A DNA stretch of 64,000 nucleotides, taken from Neoconidiobolus thromboides FSU 785. Taxonomy: Eukaryota; Fungi; Entomophthoromycota. The notes below the pieces were generated by a model. That model was not told where the DNA came from. It worked only from the letters and a program-made list of their open reading frames with translations, and searched no databases. A program made the position numbers and the translations under genes. The stretch covers positions 116,519-180,518 of the forward strand of contig MU626277.1 of assembly GCA_025603075.1 (NCBI GenBank), written 5' to 3'. Each line of letters opens with the position of its first letter. Position 1 is the first letter of the stretch. This document shows, piece by piece, positions 54,390 through 64,000 of the stretch.

Positions 54390-55200
54390 ATGGAAAATAA
54401 CAAAGATAAAATAACCAAGTTCTGTATTAATAACTGTGGGTTTTATAGGTAAATTACATAAAAAAGCGTTAATTTTAAAATTGCTTTCGAATAAAAGAAG
54501 ATACTAAATACAAATTCATAGTAATCCATTGTTTAATAATATGTGTTCCAGATGTTATAAAAAGAGTCGAAAAGAAGTGTCAGAAAAGAAAAAAAATGGA
54601 ATAGAAGACAAAAAGAATAATCCTGAAGCAACTAAACTTAACCAATTACCTGCTAATAATCGACCAGTGAGTAGTACACATGAAATGGGTAATTTGAGCT
54701 ATTGTAATAAAGTAAAATTTAAAGTAACAATTGGTAGATGAACTTTTTAATAAAGAGAAGTTGGATATTACATACAAAGAATTGATGAAGGGGACACCAG
54801 AATGGGGGCAGGGTACGAAAAGAAACTTAGAAACTGAAAACGAAAATAAAAAGTCTGAATTAGTCGAAGATAAAAATGAAAAAGAATTTAGTGGGGGAAA
54901 GCAATTATCAAAACCACAACAAATTGTCAAAAATAAATGTTATTTATGTCGTTCTAAATTAAGTCCACTTAAACAAGTGACGAATAAATGCAAATGTAGT
55001 AAGTGATTTCTAAATCAATAGGAAGGATGTGTTTTTATCATATTTGTTTAGATTATATATTCTGTGATAACCATCGGTTGCCAGAAAATCATGATTGTAG
55101 CGTTGATTTCAAAAAGACGGAAAGGGAAATTATTAAAGAAAGGAACCCCAAACTTTATAATAAACCAAGAGGTGGTCGTCATTTTAATCGAATTGAATAA
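54390..55200 (+). CDS. A20/AN1-type zinc-finger protein (ZFAND5/6-like)
   Basis: N-terminal CINNCGFYG..NMCSRCYK (A20) and C-terminal CYLCRSKL..CKC..FCDNHRLPENHDC (AN1). Spliced. Confidence 0.88.
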
Positions 55201-56519
55201 GTGAATCAATTTATTGAGTTCTAGGGACCAGTGGCTCCTTTCAATTCAAAAGGAGGGTTTGATAATACTTTTTAAATTTTTCTAAAAAACTATTATTGAA
55301 TTTATAGCCATGCTTGTAATATTCATTTCCCTCACCCCTCTTGCATTTCTAATTGTTGACTTTTATATTTTTCTTTATACCACCTTTTTTTATTGAAATT
55401 TTTTAAATATAATAAAAATTTACAGTAGATTTTGTTTATTATTTTGGTTTTTAATTTTTATTGATTTAAGATAATTTAAATCAAAAGTATTTCTTATATT
55501 AAAATTATACTAATAAGTTAAAGCGCAAGTTATTAGCATATAAAACAAAAATAATATAGGTAAACTGAAGTAATTTATATTGTTTTAGCAATCACAGATT
55601 ATTCCTTGGAAGACCAAAGAGATTCATCAACAAAAAACAGATACTAGTGAGATCATCATTGGGTCTTTACAAAACAAAGTTCAAGTAATTCCAATTTGAA
55701 AGGTTATAAATTAAGAGAAGAGCTGATTTGTTTAGATGCTTATTGACCAGTCCACTTTTAAATTTGTCTATATCTATCAATTTTACTAGGGTAAGTTAAG
55801 CTAAAAGATGTCTTATTTTCCATCTGATTTAGAAGCTCAGAGGATGGAATGAATACAAAGCTTTATAAATCAAGAAGGTGTTAAATTGCTGCTAATTTGA
55901 TCCTAGTTAAAGGAAACTGGGCTTCTTCATGTAGAATATCCATAGGTTTTGACCAACCTTAAGAGTAAATGTTGGTAAGAATAACCTAACCATATGACAT
56001 AGCATTGAATTGTTATTGAGTTAAACTTTAAGCTTATCAAAATACTAGTAAACAGCGAGTTTTATTATAAGTCTATTATAATAAAATAGAATCTCATCTT
56101 CATAAACAATATATAAGTATTGTTAATCAAAGCTTACTATTAGTTAGATAACACGAAGTATCTTTCGGCTTTGAATAAACAAACTTCAAGTAAGTTTATA
56201 AACTATCAAGCCTTTTAAATGAGATAAAAAAACCCTACGTATATTATTAATTAACAGTTAAAAATACAAGGTAGTTATTATTGCTTATCAATGTTCTATT
56301 AGCCTTTACAGGTTATATGTTAAGTTGAATCATGTTGAGTGATATGATTAAAATAAAAACGAAAACTTACGGTGAGTTTAGTTTCTATCCCAATAAAACA
56401 ATTTCTTACCACTTATTTTAATTATTGTTAAAAGCATAACCGTTAAGAAACTCTTTTACAAACAGTATTTAAAAAAAAGTCAATTCGAACAATATTAATA
56501 TTTAATAAAAATTTTAACT

Positions 56520-57117
56520 TTAACGAAAAATAATCATTAAAAATAAAATGAATAAAATAAACAACACAATCCAAAGGTAAATACCTCCACCTTTAAATTG
56601 TTCTTTAGCCATTTTACTGAACTTTTCCATCGTTCGCTTTAATTTTTCGCCAGTTTCACTTAAGTCTTCATGCTAATAATATGATTTTTTTATGATTAAT
56701 ACTAGTTTTAGAATATTCATATAAATTGGCTTACCATCCCACCTAAATCTTTATTTCCTTCAATAATTTCTTCTCCCATATCCAATGAGATCTTTAATTA
56801 AAAAATATAAGTCTCAAAACTAGAATAATCTAGTATAAAGTTAAAATTACCTGTTTTAATAATGACACTTTTTGTGTCAATCTATTATATCCTTCATCCC
56901 TATTATATACACCACTTCCTTGCTCGGTATATTCATTTTGATTTGTTGGGTATCTTGGTTTTGTATTTCTATTGTTATAAAGTTGATTCGATGTAGAACT
57001 TGATTTGACACCGAAATTAGACTGTTTTGCACTATCCCTTTGTCAACAAACAATAAGCCTTTATGTTATAAATTAAATTACGTATATATTTTACTTTTTA
57101 TTTGTATAATCAGCCAT
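56520..57117 (-). CDS. BET1: Qc-SNARE Bet1-like, 4 exons (not in ORF track)
   Basis: Spliced translation LTQKVSLLKQISLDMGEEIIEGNKDLGGMHEDLSETGEKLKRTMEKFSKMAK followed by a C-terminal TM helix IYLWIVLFILFILFLMIIFR*. Confidence 0.82.
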
Positions 57118-57377
57118 TAATAAATAAAATTGATTTTATTTTTTTTTGAATTTTGAATTTAATTTTTAGTTAACTCATGACTAACTATAACCTCCAACCA
57201 ATAATATTTATCTATTAAAAGTGACCATTTTTAATTGGACTTCATTATATCAAACCAATCAATTCATCGGATCTAAAAGTAGAAGTTCAACCCCAAAATT
57301 AGTTTTTTATTTTTAATTCGAAATTTGATTTATTATTTTTTTAAAATATCAAACTTAACTTGAGAAAAAATCATAAG

Positions 57378-59111
57378 ATGGTAAAAAAGACCTTTATCAA
57401 TAAAAAAGAAGCCACTCATTTCAATGTGGTACATCGATCTCAACACGATCCTTTAGTTGCTGATGGTGAAGCTTCCGATTATGTTTTATTGCCTACTTTA
57501 CAATCCGCTAACTTAAAAGTAAGCTTATTTTTAGAATATACAACCATTATACCATTGTAACTAAATCTTAATAAAGCATAGTAAAAAGAACAAAAGTGGA
57601 TTAAATAAAAGTTTAAAACCCGGTGACACTGAATTTGAAGAGCTTATTAAAGCTGATAATGAAAAGTGAGTTTTATTTTTTAGTTAGTCAAATAGCTTTA
57701 TTAATAAAATATTAAAAGTAACCGTATTAAGTCAGCTCAATTTGGTATCTTCTTCAATGATGATTATGATTATACTCAGCATTTAAAGCCTATTGGACAA
57801 TCCAGTGATGGTGTATTTATTAGTGGCAAGAAAGAAGAAAAGGAAAAGGTAAGTTTTTAGTTATATAAAGAACAAACAAGAGAAACTAATAAATGTCAAT
57901 TAAAAATTAAAAGACAAAAAAAAGTGTTAGCTTTTTATTACCAGAAGAAGCATTACCTTCTGAGTATAAAACAGATGTTGGTATTATGAATCAACCCAGT
58001 ATACCTTCAGATTACCATTATGGTATGGATCCTGATGTACTTGATGCTTTAGATGCATTAGAAGACGATGCCTATGTAGATGATAATTTAGAAGAGGATT
58101 TCTTTGATGAACTAGATGGATCTGAAGGAGAATACATACAGGAAGAAGAAGAAGAATTAGATCCTGAAGCTGGATGGGAAGAACATTTTAAACATTTTAT
58201 GAAAAATAAAAATAAAAATGAAAGTGATGATGAAGAAGAAGGAAATATTAAAAATAAAAAACTAAGTGGGCTTGATCGTCGTACTTCAGCATCCAAATAT
58301 TCTATGACTTCTTCGGTTATGTTTCGTAATGAAAAATTGACTCTTTTAGATGATCAATTTGAACGTATTGAAGAAGAATATGAAGAAGATGAGGATGAAG
58401 AAGATGAAGAAGAAATGCCAAAATTAGTTGAAATGCGAGAGGATTTTATGGACATAATGGATGAATTTTTAGAAAATTATGAAGTTGTTGGTAAAAAAAT
58501 GACGATTAAAATGGAAGGTGAAACTGGAGTTGAAAAATTCAACCATTTAAGACAAAGTTTAATTCAACCTGAAATTAAAGAAGAAGTGGAAAATGATTTG
58601 GTTAAAAATGTACAAGTTGATGAAAAAATTATTAATAATTGGGATTGTCAATCAGTATTATCAACTTATTCTAATATCTATAATCGTCCAGCTATGATCG
58701 TAGAGCCTAAAGTTACTAAAGGTCAAATTAGTCTCAATTCTCGTGGCTTCCCTAGATTGAAGATGGATAAATTATCAGAACAATTTCAAAATAAATTAAA
58801 GATAACAGAAGAAGAAGAAGAAGAAGAAGAAAGTGAAGAAGAAAGTGAAGATGATAAACAAAAAGGTAAAATTAACTAATTAATTAATAATAATAATAAT
58901 AATAATAAATTGAATAGTCCATACTGAAATACCAAGAGATAGAAATGAAAGTAAAGAAGATAAGAAATTAAGAAAACAGCAAATTAAATTAGAGAAAAAA
59001 GAAAGAAGACAAGAGAAAAAAAATAACAAAAAAATATTTCAGAAGGAACAATTAAGTAATCATAAAATCAAAATTTTAGCCCCAAAAACTAGACAAATTA
59101 AATTGGAATAA
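57378..59111 (+). CDS. LTV1: 40S biogenesis factor Ltv1
   Basis: MVKKTFINKKEATHFNVVHRSQHDPL, DDYDYTQHLKPIG, SMTSSVMFRNEKLTLLDDQFE, WDCQSVLSTYSNIYNRP, basic C-terminus. Confidence 0.93.
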
Positions 59112-59512
59112 TTCAATCTACTTTACCTTCTTCCTTCCACTTTTTTTACAACTTGGTTATTTTATAGAGACTTTGTTTTGATAAGTTAAAGACTATTAAT
59201 ACTCTTTACTGATTCTCTTTTTTTATGTTAATAAATAGTACTTTTTCTTACATGGATTTAATAAAATAGAATATATTTACCCTCAATTAAAATATTTTTA
59301 AACATTCTTAAGTATTTTCTATAAAATAAAGACACATTTATTACTATAAATTTGAATTATTAATAGAATTCAACATTTCTATTCAATTATCAATTCCAAC
59401 TTAAAATTTGATCATAATCTCCCTAATTACGACATTTCAACTCGAAATGGTAAATAACCAAAAGTATAAATAGTCTCATCAAATCTAACTTTACGAGAAC
59501 AAAGGTAAGAAA

Positions 59513-61024
59513 ATGCCACAAGAAAGTAAAGAGTATGCTCCTTTAGAAGGTGGGGTATCCATAATTTTAGCCTATCGAGTCAAGCAAAAAAAAGTATTAA
59601 TTATAGGTGGTGGATTTGTTGCAGCCAGTCGAGTGGTGCATGCCTTACAAGCAGATGCCTTAATAACATTAATAAGTGAAGAACATGAGCTCTGCCCTGA
59701 ACTAAAATATCGAATTGAAACTCAACAAATCCATTGGGAAAATCGACGATTTGTTGAAAGTGATTTAGATGATGATGTAGTGATGGTGTTAGCAGATCAA
59801 GTACCCGAAGCGGATAAAATTTATCAATTATGTAAACAAAAACGTATCCCTGTCAATGTAGCTGATATCATTGAACAATGCGATTTTTGGTTTATGTCCA
59901 TTCATAGGGATGGACCATTGCAGGTAGCTGTATCATCCAATGGTAAAGGGCCTAGAATTGCTCGAGCTATTCGACAAAAAATAGCTAATGCTATACCAAA
60001 AAATGCAGGTAAAGCTATTGAACAATTTTCAATTTTAAGAGCTGCCATTAGAAAACATGATCCGCCTGCTTCATCATCATCAAAAAGAATGAGTTGGCTA
60101 ATTAAAATTGTTGATTCTTGGTCTTTGCAAGAACTCACTTTTATTAATCATGAAGTAGCTAATAAATTATTAGAATTTTATGATAAAAATGAAACAGTGT
60201 CATTTGAACAGCTTCAATCAAATGAAAAACATGAACCAAAAGTAGCTGAGGATGATAAAATAAATGAAATAATAAATGAAGTAGATGATTTATCCACAAA
60301 AGATAAAATAACAAAGGGTGCTATTCAGTTGGTTGGAGCAGGCCCAGGGGATCCAGATTTACTTACTATGGCAGCCTACAAAGCTATACAATCAGCCGAT
60401 CTAATTGTTGCAGATAGATTAGTAAGTCAAGAAATAATATCCTTAAATAAAACTGCAGATGTCAAAGTAGCGTCTCCAAAGATAATAGGAAAATCGGACG
60501 GAGTACAAGATGAATTAAATGAATGGTGTTTAAAAGGCTTAAAAGAAGGTAAAAAAGTAATTCGACTTAAAGTAGGAGATCCCTTTTTATATGGTAGAGC
60601 AGGGGAAGAGATTGAGTATTATCGTCATAATGGATATGAACCAAAAGTCATACCAGGTATATCATCAGCTTTAGGTGCCCCATCGGCTGCTTTATTACCT
60701 ATTACTCATCGCGGTCAATCTGATCAAGTTTTTATAAGTACAGGTAATATTCAAGGAGGTATTATGCCATCATTACCAAATTATTATGAAAAGAGAACAT
60801 TGATTTTATTGATGGCAGTAGGGAAAGCTAATGAAATTCAAAATCAATTATTGAATTTAGAATATCCATCAACAACCCCTTGTACTTTTATTGAAGCTTA
60901 TTCATTACCTAATGAAAGAGTTATTAGAACCACATTGGATAAACTGGGAATTACGGTAAAAGAAAAGAACATTGAACCTCCTGTTTGTCTTTATATTGGG
61001 AACACTTGTCATTTTGGTATGTGA
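59513..61024 (+). CDS. MET1: Siroheme synthase (CysG-like fusion: precorrin-2 dehydrogenase/ferrochelatase + uroporphyrinogen-III methyltransferase)
   Basis: Rossmann VLIIGGGFVA, VNVAD..CDF and QVAVSSNGKGPRIA, then LVGAGPGDPDLLT, RLKVGDPFLYGR and VIPGISS. Intronless. Confidence 0.93.
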   Translation: MPQESKEYAPLEGGVSIILAYRVKQKKVLIIGGGFVAASRVVHALQADALITLISEEHELCPELKYRIETQQIHWENRRFVESDLDDDVVMVLADQVPEADKIYQLCKQKRIPVNVADIIEQCDFWFMSIHRDGPLQVAVSSNGKGPRIARAIRQKIANAIPKNAGKAIEQFSILRAAIRKHDPPASSSSKRMSWLIKIVDSWSLQELTFINHEVANKLLEFYDKNETVSFEQLQSNEKHEPKVAEDDKINEIINEVDDLSTKDKITKGAIQLVGAGPGDPDLLTMAAYKAIQSADLIVADRLVSQEIISLNKTADVKVASPKIIGKSDGVQDELNEWCLKGLKEGKKVIRLKVGDPFLYGRAGEEIEYYRHNGYEPKVIPGISSALGAPSAALLPITHRGQSDQVFISTGNIQGGIMPSLPNYYEKRTLILLMAVGKANEIQNQLLNLEYPSTTPCTFIEAYSLPNERVIRTTLDKLGITVKEKNIEPPVCLYIGNTCHFGM

Positions 61025-61284
61025 TTAAGCTATGTAGTTAAAATCATGTTATCGTTTTGGAATATACATTCATATTTTAGTATATAAATTTTAAACTTAA
61101 TAAAGTAGTAATAATTCTTTTTAAAAATATTTATTTAATGTACACCTTTTTATCGTATTTAGTTAAAAAAAGAGTTTTAATTTCTACAAAAAATTCAAAG
61201 TAGACAGTAATAATAATATTTATTTCCTTTAAATAAACCAAATCTAATAGAAAAATTTCAATTACATTAAATAATAATGAGTAC

Positions 61285-62286
61285 TTAATTAACATCTTTT
61301 GTCTCCAATTTCGTTACTTCTCTTTTTACAGTTAATTGAGAAAGTGGAGGTAAATCTTGATCAATTGGTTTTAAATCTTTAATTAAAGATACGATCTCTG
61401 ATTTCTTATTTGGGGTTGATGTCTCTTGTTGATTCGTTTGATTATTCTCAATCAAATATTGGAAAGGTCTTCTTTTTTTCTAAAAGTAACAAAAAAATTA
61501 CTATCCTTGCATGTTAATAACTAATAAAAACGATAATTTACCTCCACAAAACTAGAAATACTTCCAATATTTTTTAATACTTTCTTTTTTTCACTATTAA
61601 AAAAATCAACTAAATCTCCTTCTTTAACATTGAAAATTACTTACTTTTCAATAAACTCTTTTGATTCTCGAAACCTTTTTGTTCTATCCACATACATTTC
61701 CTTCAATGTTTCCATCGCTTCCAAAGGTCGATTTTGATTAATCAAATGATGCATATTGATAAATGTTAGATGTAAATTATTGACTACTTTTTCAATCCCA
61801 TTATCACTTAATTTTTGTTGTGATAGGCTTTTAACTGCATGTTGAAATTGTTTCAATGTATAATGATTTAACCGCTTTAATTCCAACTTTGGATCTAAAT
61901 GTAAAGTTAGCTTTAATGAAAAGGATAAAAGAAATTAGTTACTAAATTACCCTTTGCTTCGTCATATAATTGAGTTAGCCCCATCTCTCTAATTGGAGGA
62001 ATTTTTTCATTTAACTTTTATAAATATTATTAGTTTCTGTTATTAAATATAAATAATAATACAAATTTTAACTTACATCCCAAACTTCATTAAATAATTT
62101 ATAACTATTACCTTTGGGTAAACTGGGTGGTAATAAACTTTCAAGATTGTCTGGTATTTCGATTTTTTTTGAATTTTCTTCATTTGAATTTGTTATCTTT
62201 TTTAATTTTTCATATTTTTTTGTAGTATATTGTTTATAATAATGTGGGGGATATGGAAACGCTGATGTGATTTCTCGATGATCCAT
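61285..62286 (-). CDS. MED7: Mediator subunit 7
   Basis: SAFPYPPHYYKQYT, YKLFNEVW and NNLHLTFINMHHLINQNRPLEAMETL. Spliced. Confidence 0.9.
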
Positions 62287-63076
62287 GATGATTAAAAAGA
62301 AAAAAGTGAGATAAAGAAAAGTTCAAAGTGATATAAAATTAATTGATACTTCATTGGATGAAATAATTCGAAAAGAATTTGATATATTTTATTTTGAAAA
62401 ATAGGCTATTAAGATTTAATATTAAGCTATAATTAACTAAATATTAAACTAAACTTTAAACTCGAATCTTAGATCTTAAACATAACTGTTTTTTATTATA
62501 TAAAATATTACTTGTGAGCTTATTGCTTTAGATGGAACAGTACATTCGTAAGACTATATTCAATATTCGGATAATAATCAGTATAAATAATTAATCTTAT
62601 CAATAATACTATGTTTTGTTACTATTTTTAATATATAATGAGATATCACATTTTAGTTTATGGAATTTTTATCATTTATTATCTTAATTTTTAATAAAGT
62701 TTTATTACCTTTCATTTATAATTGAACTAAAATAAAAAATTCTAATATAAATTTTATTATGTTTACAAAGTATTTCTAATCCTGTGTCATTTAAAAACAA
62801 AAGATACTAAAGTTACTATATACCATTTAATAGTAAAATGTGGATTTATAATATTAACACTTTAAAGCAAATAAAGCAATAGCCCAAGTTTAGAAATACT
62901 TTAAAACTTACAAATCAGCTTAAAAAACAATAAAATATTACTGACTTAAATAATTAAATCAATTCAAAATTCCAATTTTTACATAATCAGAAATAAAAAT
63001 CTATAAGTATAAATAACATTAAAAAAGTCACTTTTAAAATAGTTATACTCAACTAAAAACAGTTTTAAAGTAAAAA

Positions 63077-63994
63077 ATGAGTAATAGAAAACTCAACTTA
63101 ATTTTACGTAAAGTAGTTCAACAAATAGTATCGATTGAACAATCAGAAGGTGTAGGTGGCAGAGTACGACGTAGCATCGGTACTTCTAGATTAAGAAATC
63201 TTGATCCCTTCTTAATGTTAGATGAATTCCATATACAATATCCAGGAGGCTTCCCCGATCATCCACATCGAGGATTTGAAACTGTCTCCTATATATTCAC
63301 TGGAACTAATCAACATGAAGACTTTATTGGAAATCAAGGTATCATTGGACCAGGTGACTTACAATGGATGACTGCAGGAAAAGGAATAGTTCATGCAGAA
63401 ATGCCATTACCACAAACTAAAGGACCAGTCACTGGTTTACAACTATGGATTAATTTACCAAAAAAAGAAAAAATGTGTGAACCTAGATATCAGGATTTCA
63501 AAGATAATGAAATACCTAGAGTAATACCAGAAGTAGGAGTGGAGATTAAAGTAATTGCTGGTGAGGCTTATGGAACTCAGTCATCTATTAAAACCAGTAA
63601 TTCAGTTTATATGATGGATTTTAAAATGGAAGCAAATAAATCAGCTTATCAAATCTTACCAGCTGGATTTAATAGTGCATTTATTTATACTATTAAAGGC
63701 CAAGTGGAAGTTGCACAAAATGGGAAATTAGTTTTACCTCATACAATAGTAGTATTTGATAAAGAAGGTGGGGATGAAGTTAGTCAAATCTTAATTAATA
63801 GTCATAATGAAAAGGTTCATTTTGTTTTGATTGCTGGTAAACCTATTAATGAACCTATTAAACAATATGGTCCTTTCGTTATGAATGATCAAGAAGATAT
63901 TAATAATGCTTTTTTGGATTACCAGTTTAATAAAAATGGGTTTGAGAAAGCAAAGAACTGGAAATCGATTATTGGAAGAAGAACTTTTATTTAA
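63077..63994 (+). CDS. PIR: Pirin (bicupin, iron-binding)
   Basis: EQSEGVGGRVRRSIG, DPFLMLDEF, GFPDHPHRGFETVSY, WMTAGKGIVHAEMP, LQLWINLP and GPFVMN. Intronless. Confidence 0.96.
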   Translation: MSNRKLNLILRKVVQQIVSIEQSEGVGGRVRRSIGTSRLRNLDPFLMLDEFHIQYPGGFPDHPHRGFETVSYIFTGTNQHEDFIGNQGIIGPGDLQWMTAGKGIVHAEMPLPQTKGPVTGLQLWINLPKKEKMCEPRYQDFKDNEIPRVIPEVGVEIKVIAGEAYGTQSSIKTSNSVYMMDFKMEANKSAYQILPAGFNSAFIYTIKGQVEVAQNGKLVLPHTIVVFDKEGGDEVSQILINSHNEKVHFVLIAGKPINEPIKQYGPFVMNDQEDINNAFLDYQFNKNGFEKAKNWKSIIGRRTFI

Positions 63995-64000
63995 GTATAT

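Noticed and set aside
55590-56000. Possible decayed transposon fragment (FFVDES on minus, GRPK on plus)
   Set aside because: The motifs are on opposite strands, very short and surrounded by stops, which is consistent with chance.
59513-63994. Intronless MET1 and pirin as horizontal transfers
   Set aside because: The fused CysG-like architecture is common in fungi, the pirin looks eukaryotic in type, and the codon usage matches the host.

Overview
Very AT-rich, gene-dense eukaryotic DNA with short (~42-55 nt) GT-AG introns, typical of an early-diverging fungus. Composition and gene style suggest a Conidiobolus/Neoconidiobolus-like genome, which is inference only. The window holds about 25 mostly spliced housekeeping genes: RPT3, GDA1, IML2/TTC39-like, a divergent Polo-like kinase, mitochondrial Hsp70 SSC1, AMD1, CWH41, SWC4, GCP4, WBP2-like, TRM8, VMA13, RPS29, YOS9, a mitochondrial carrier, CCDC130, an A20/AN1 zinc finger, BET1, LTV1, MET1, MED7 and pirin. 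Three genes are orphan-like: a ~1.4-kaa protein with ~80 degenerate Q/N octapeptide repeats and a hydrophobic C-terminus, a secreted GPI-type Cys-rich protein, and a SAM-like+Rieske protein. An accessory layer sits between ~12.9 and 38.6 kb. It comprises a ~100-bp MITE-like family (8 full or near-full copies plus fragments), a decayed DD34E Tc1/IS630 transposase with about six tandem HTH modules, a 99-bp near-perfect hairpin, and an inverted, decayed partial duplicate of GCP4 whose junction coincides with MITE ends. I found no CRISPR array, rRNA or complete tRNA. CDS coordinates are start-to-stop spans including introns, derived by eye.
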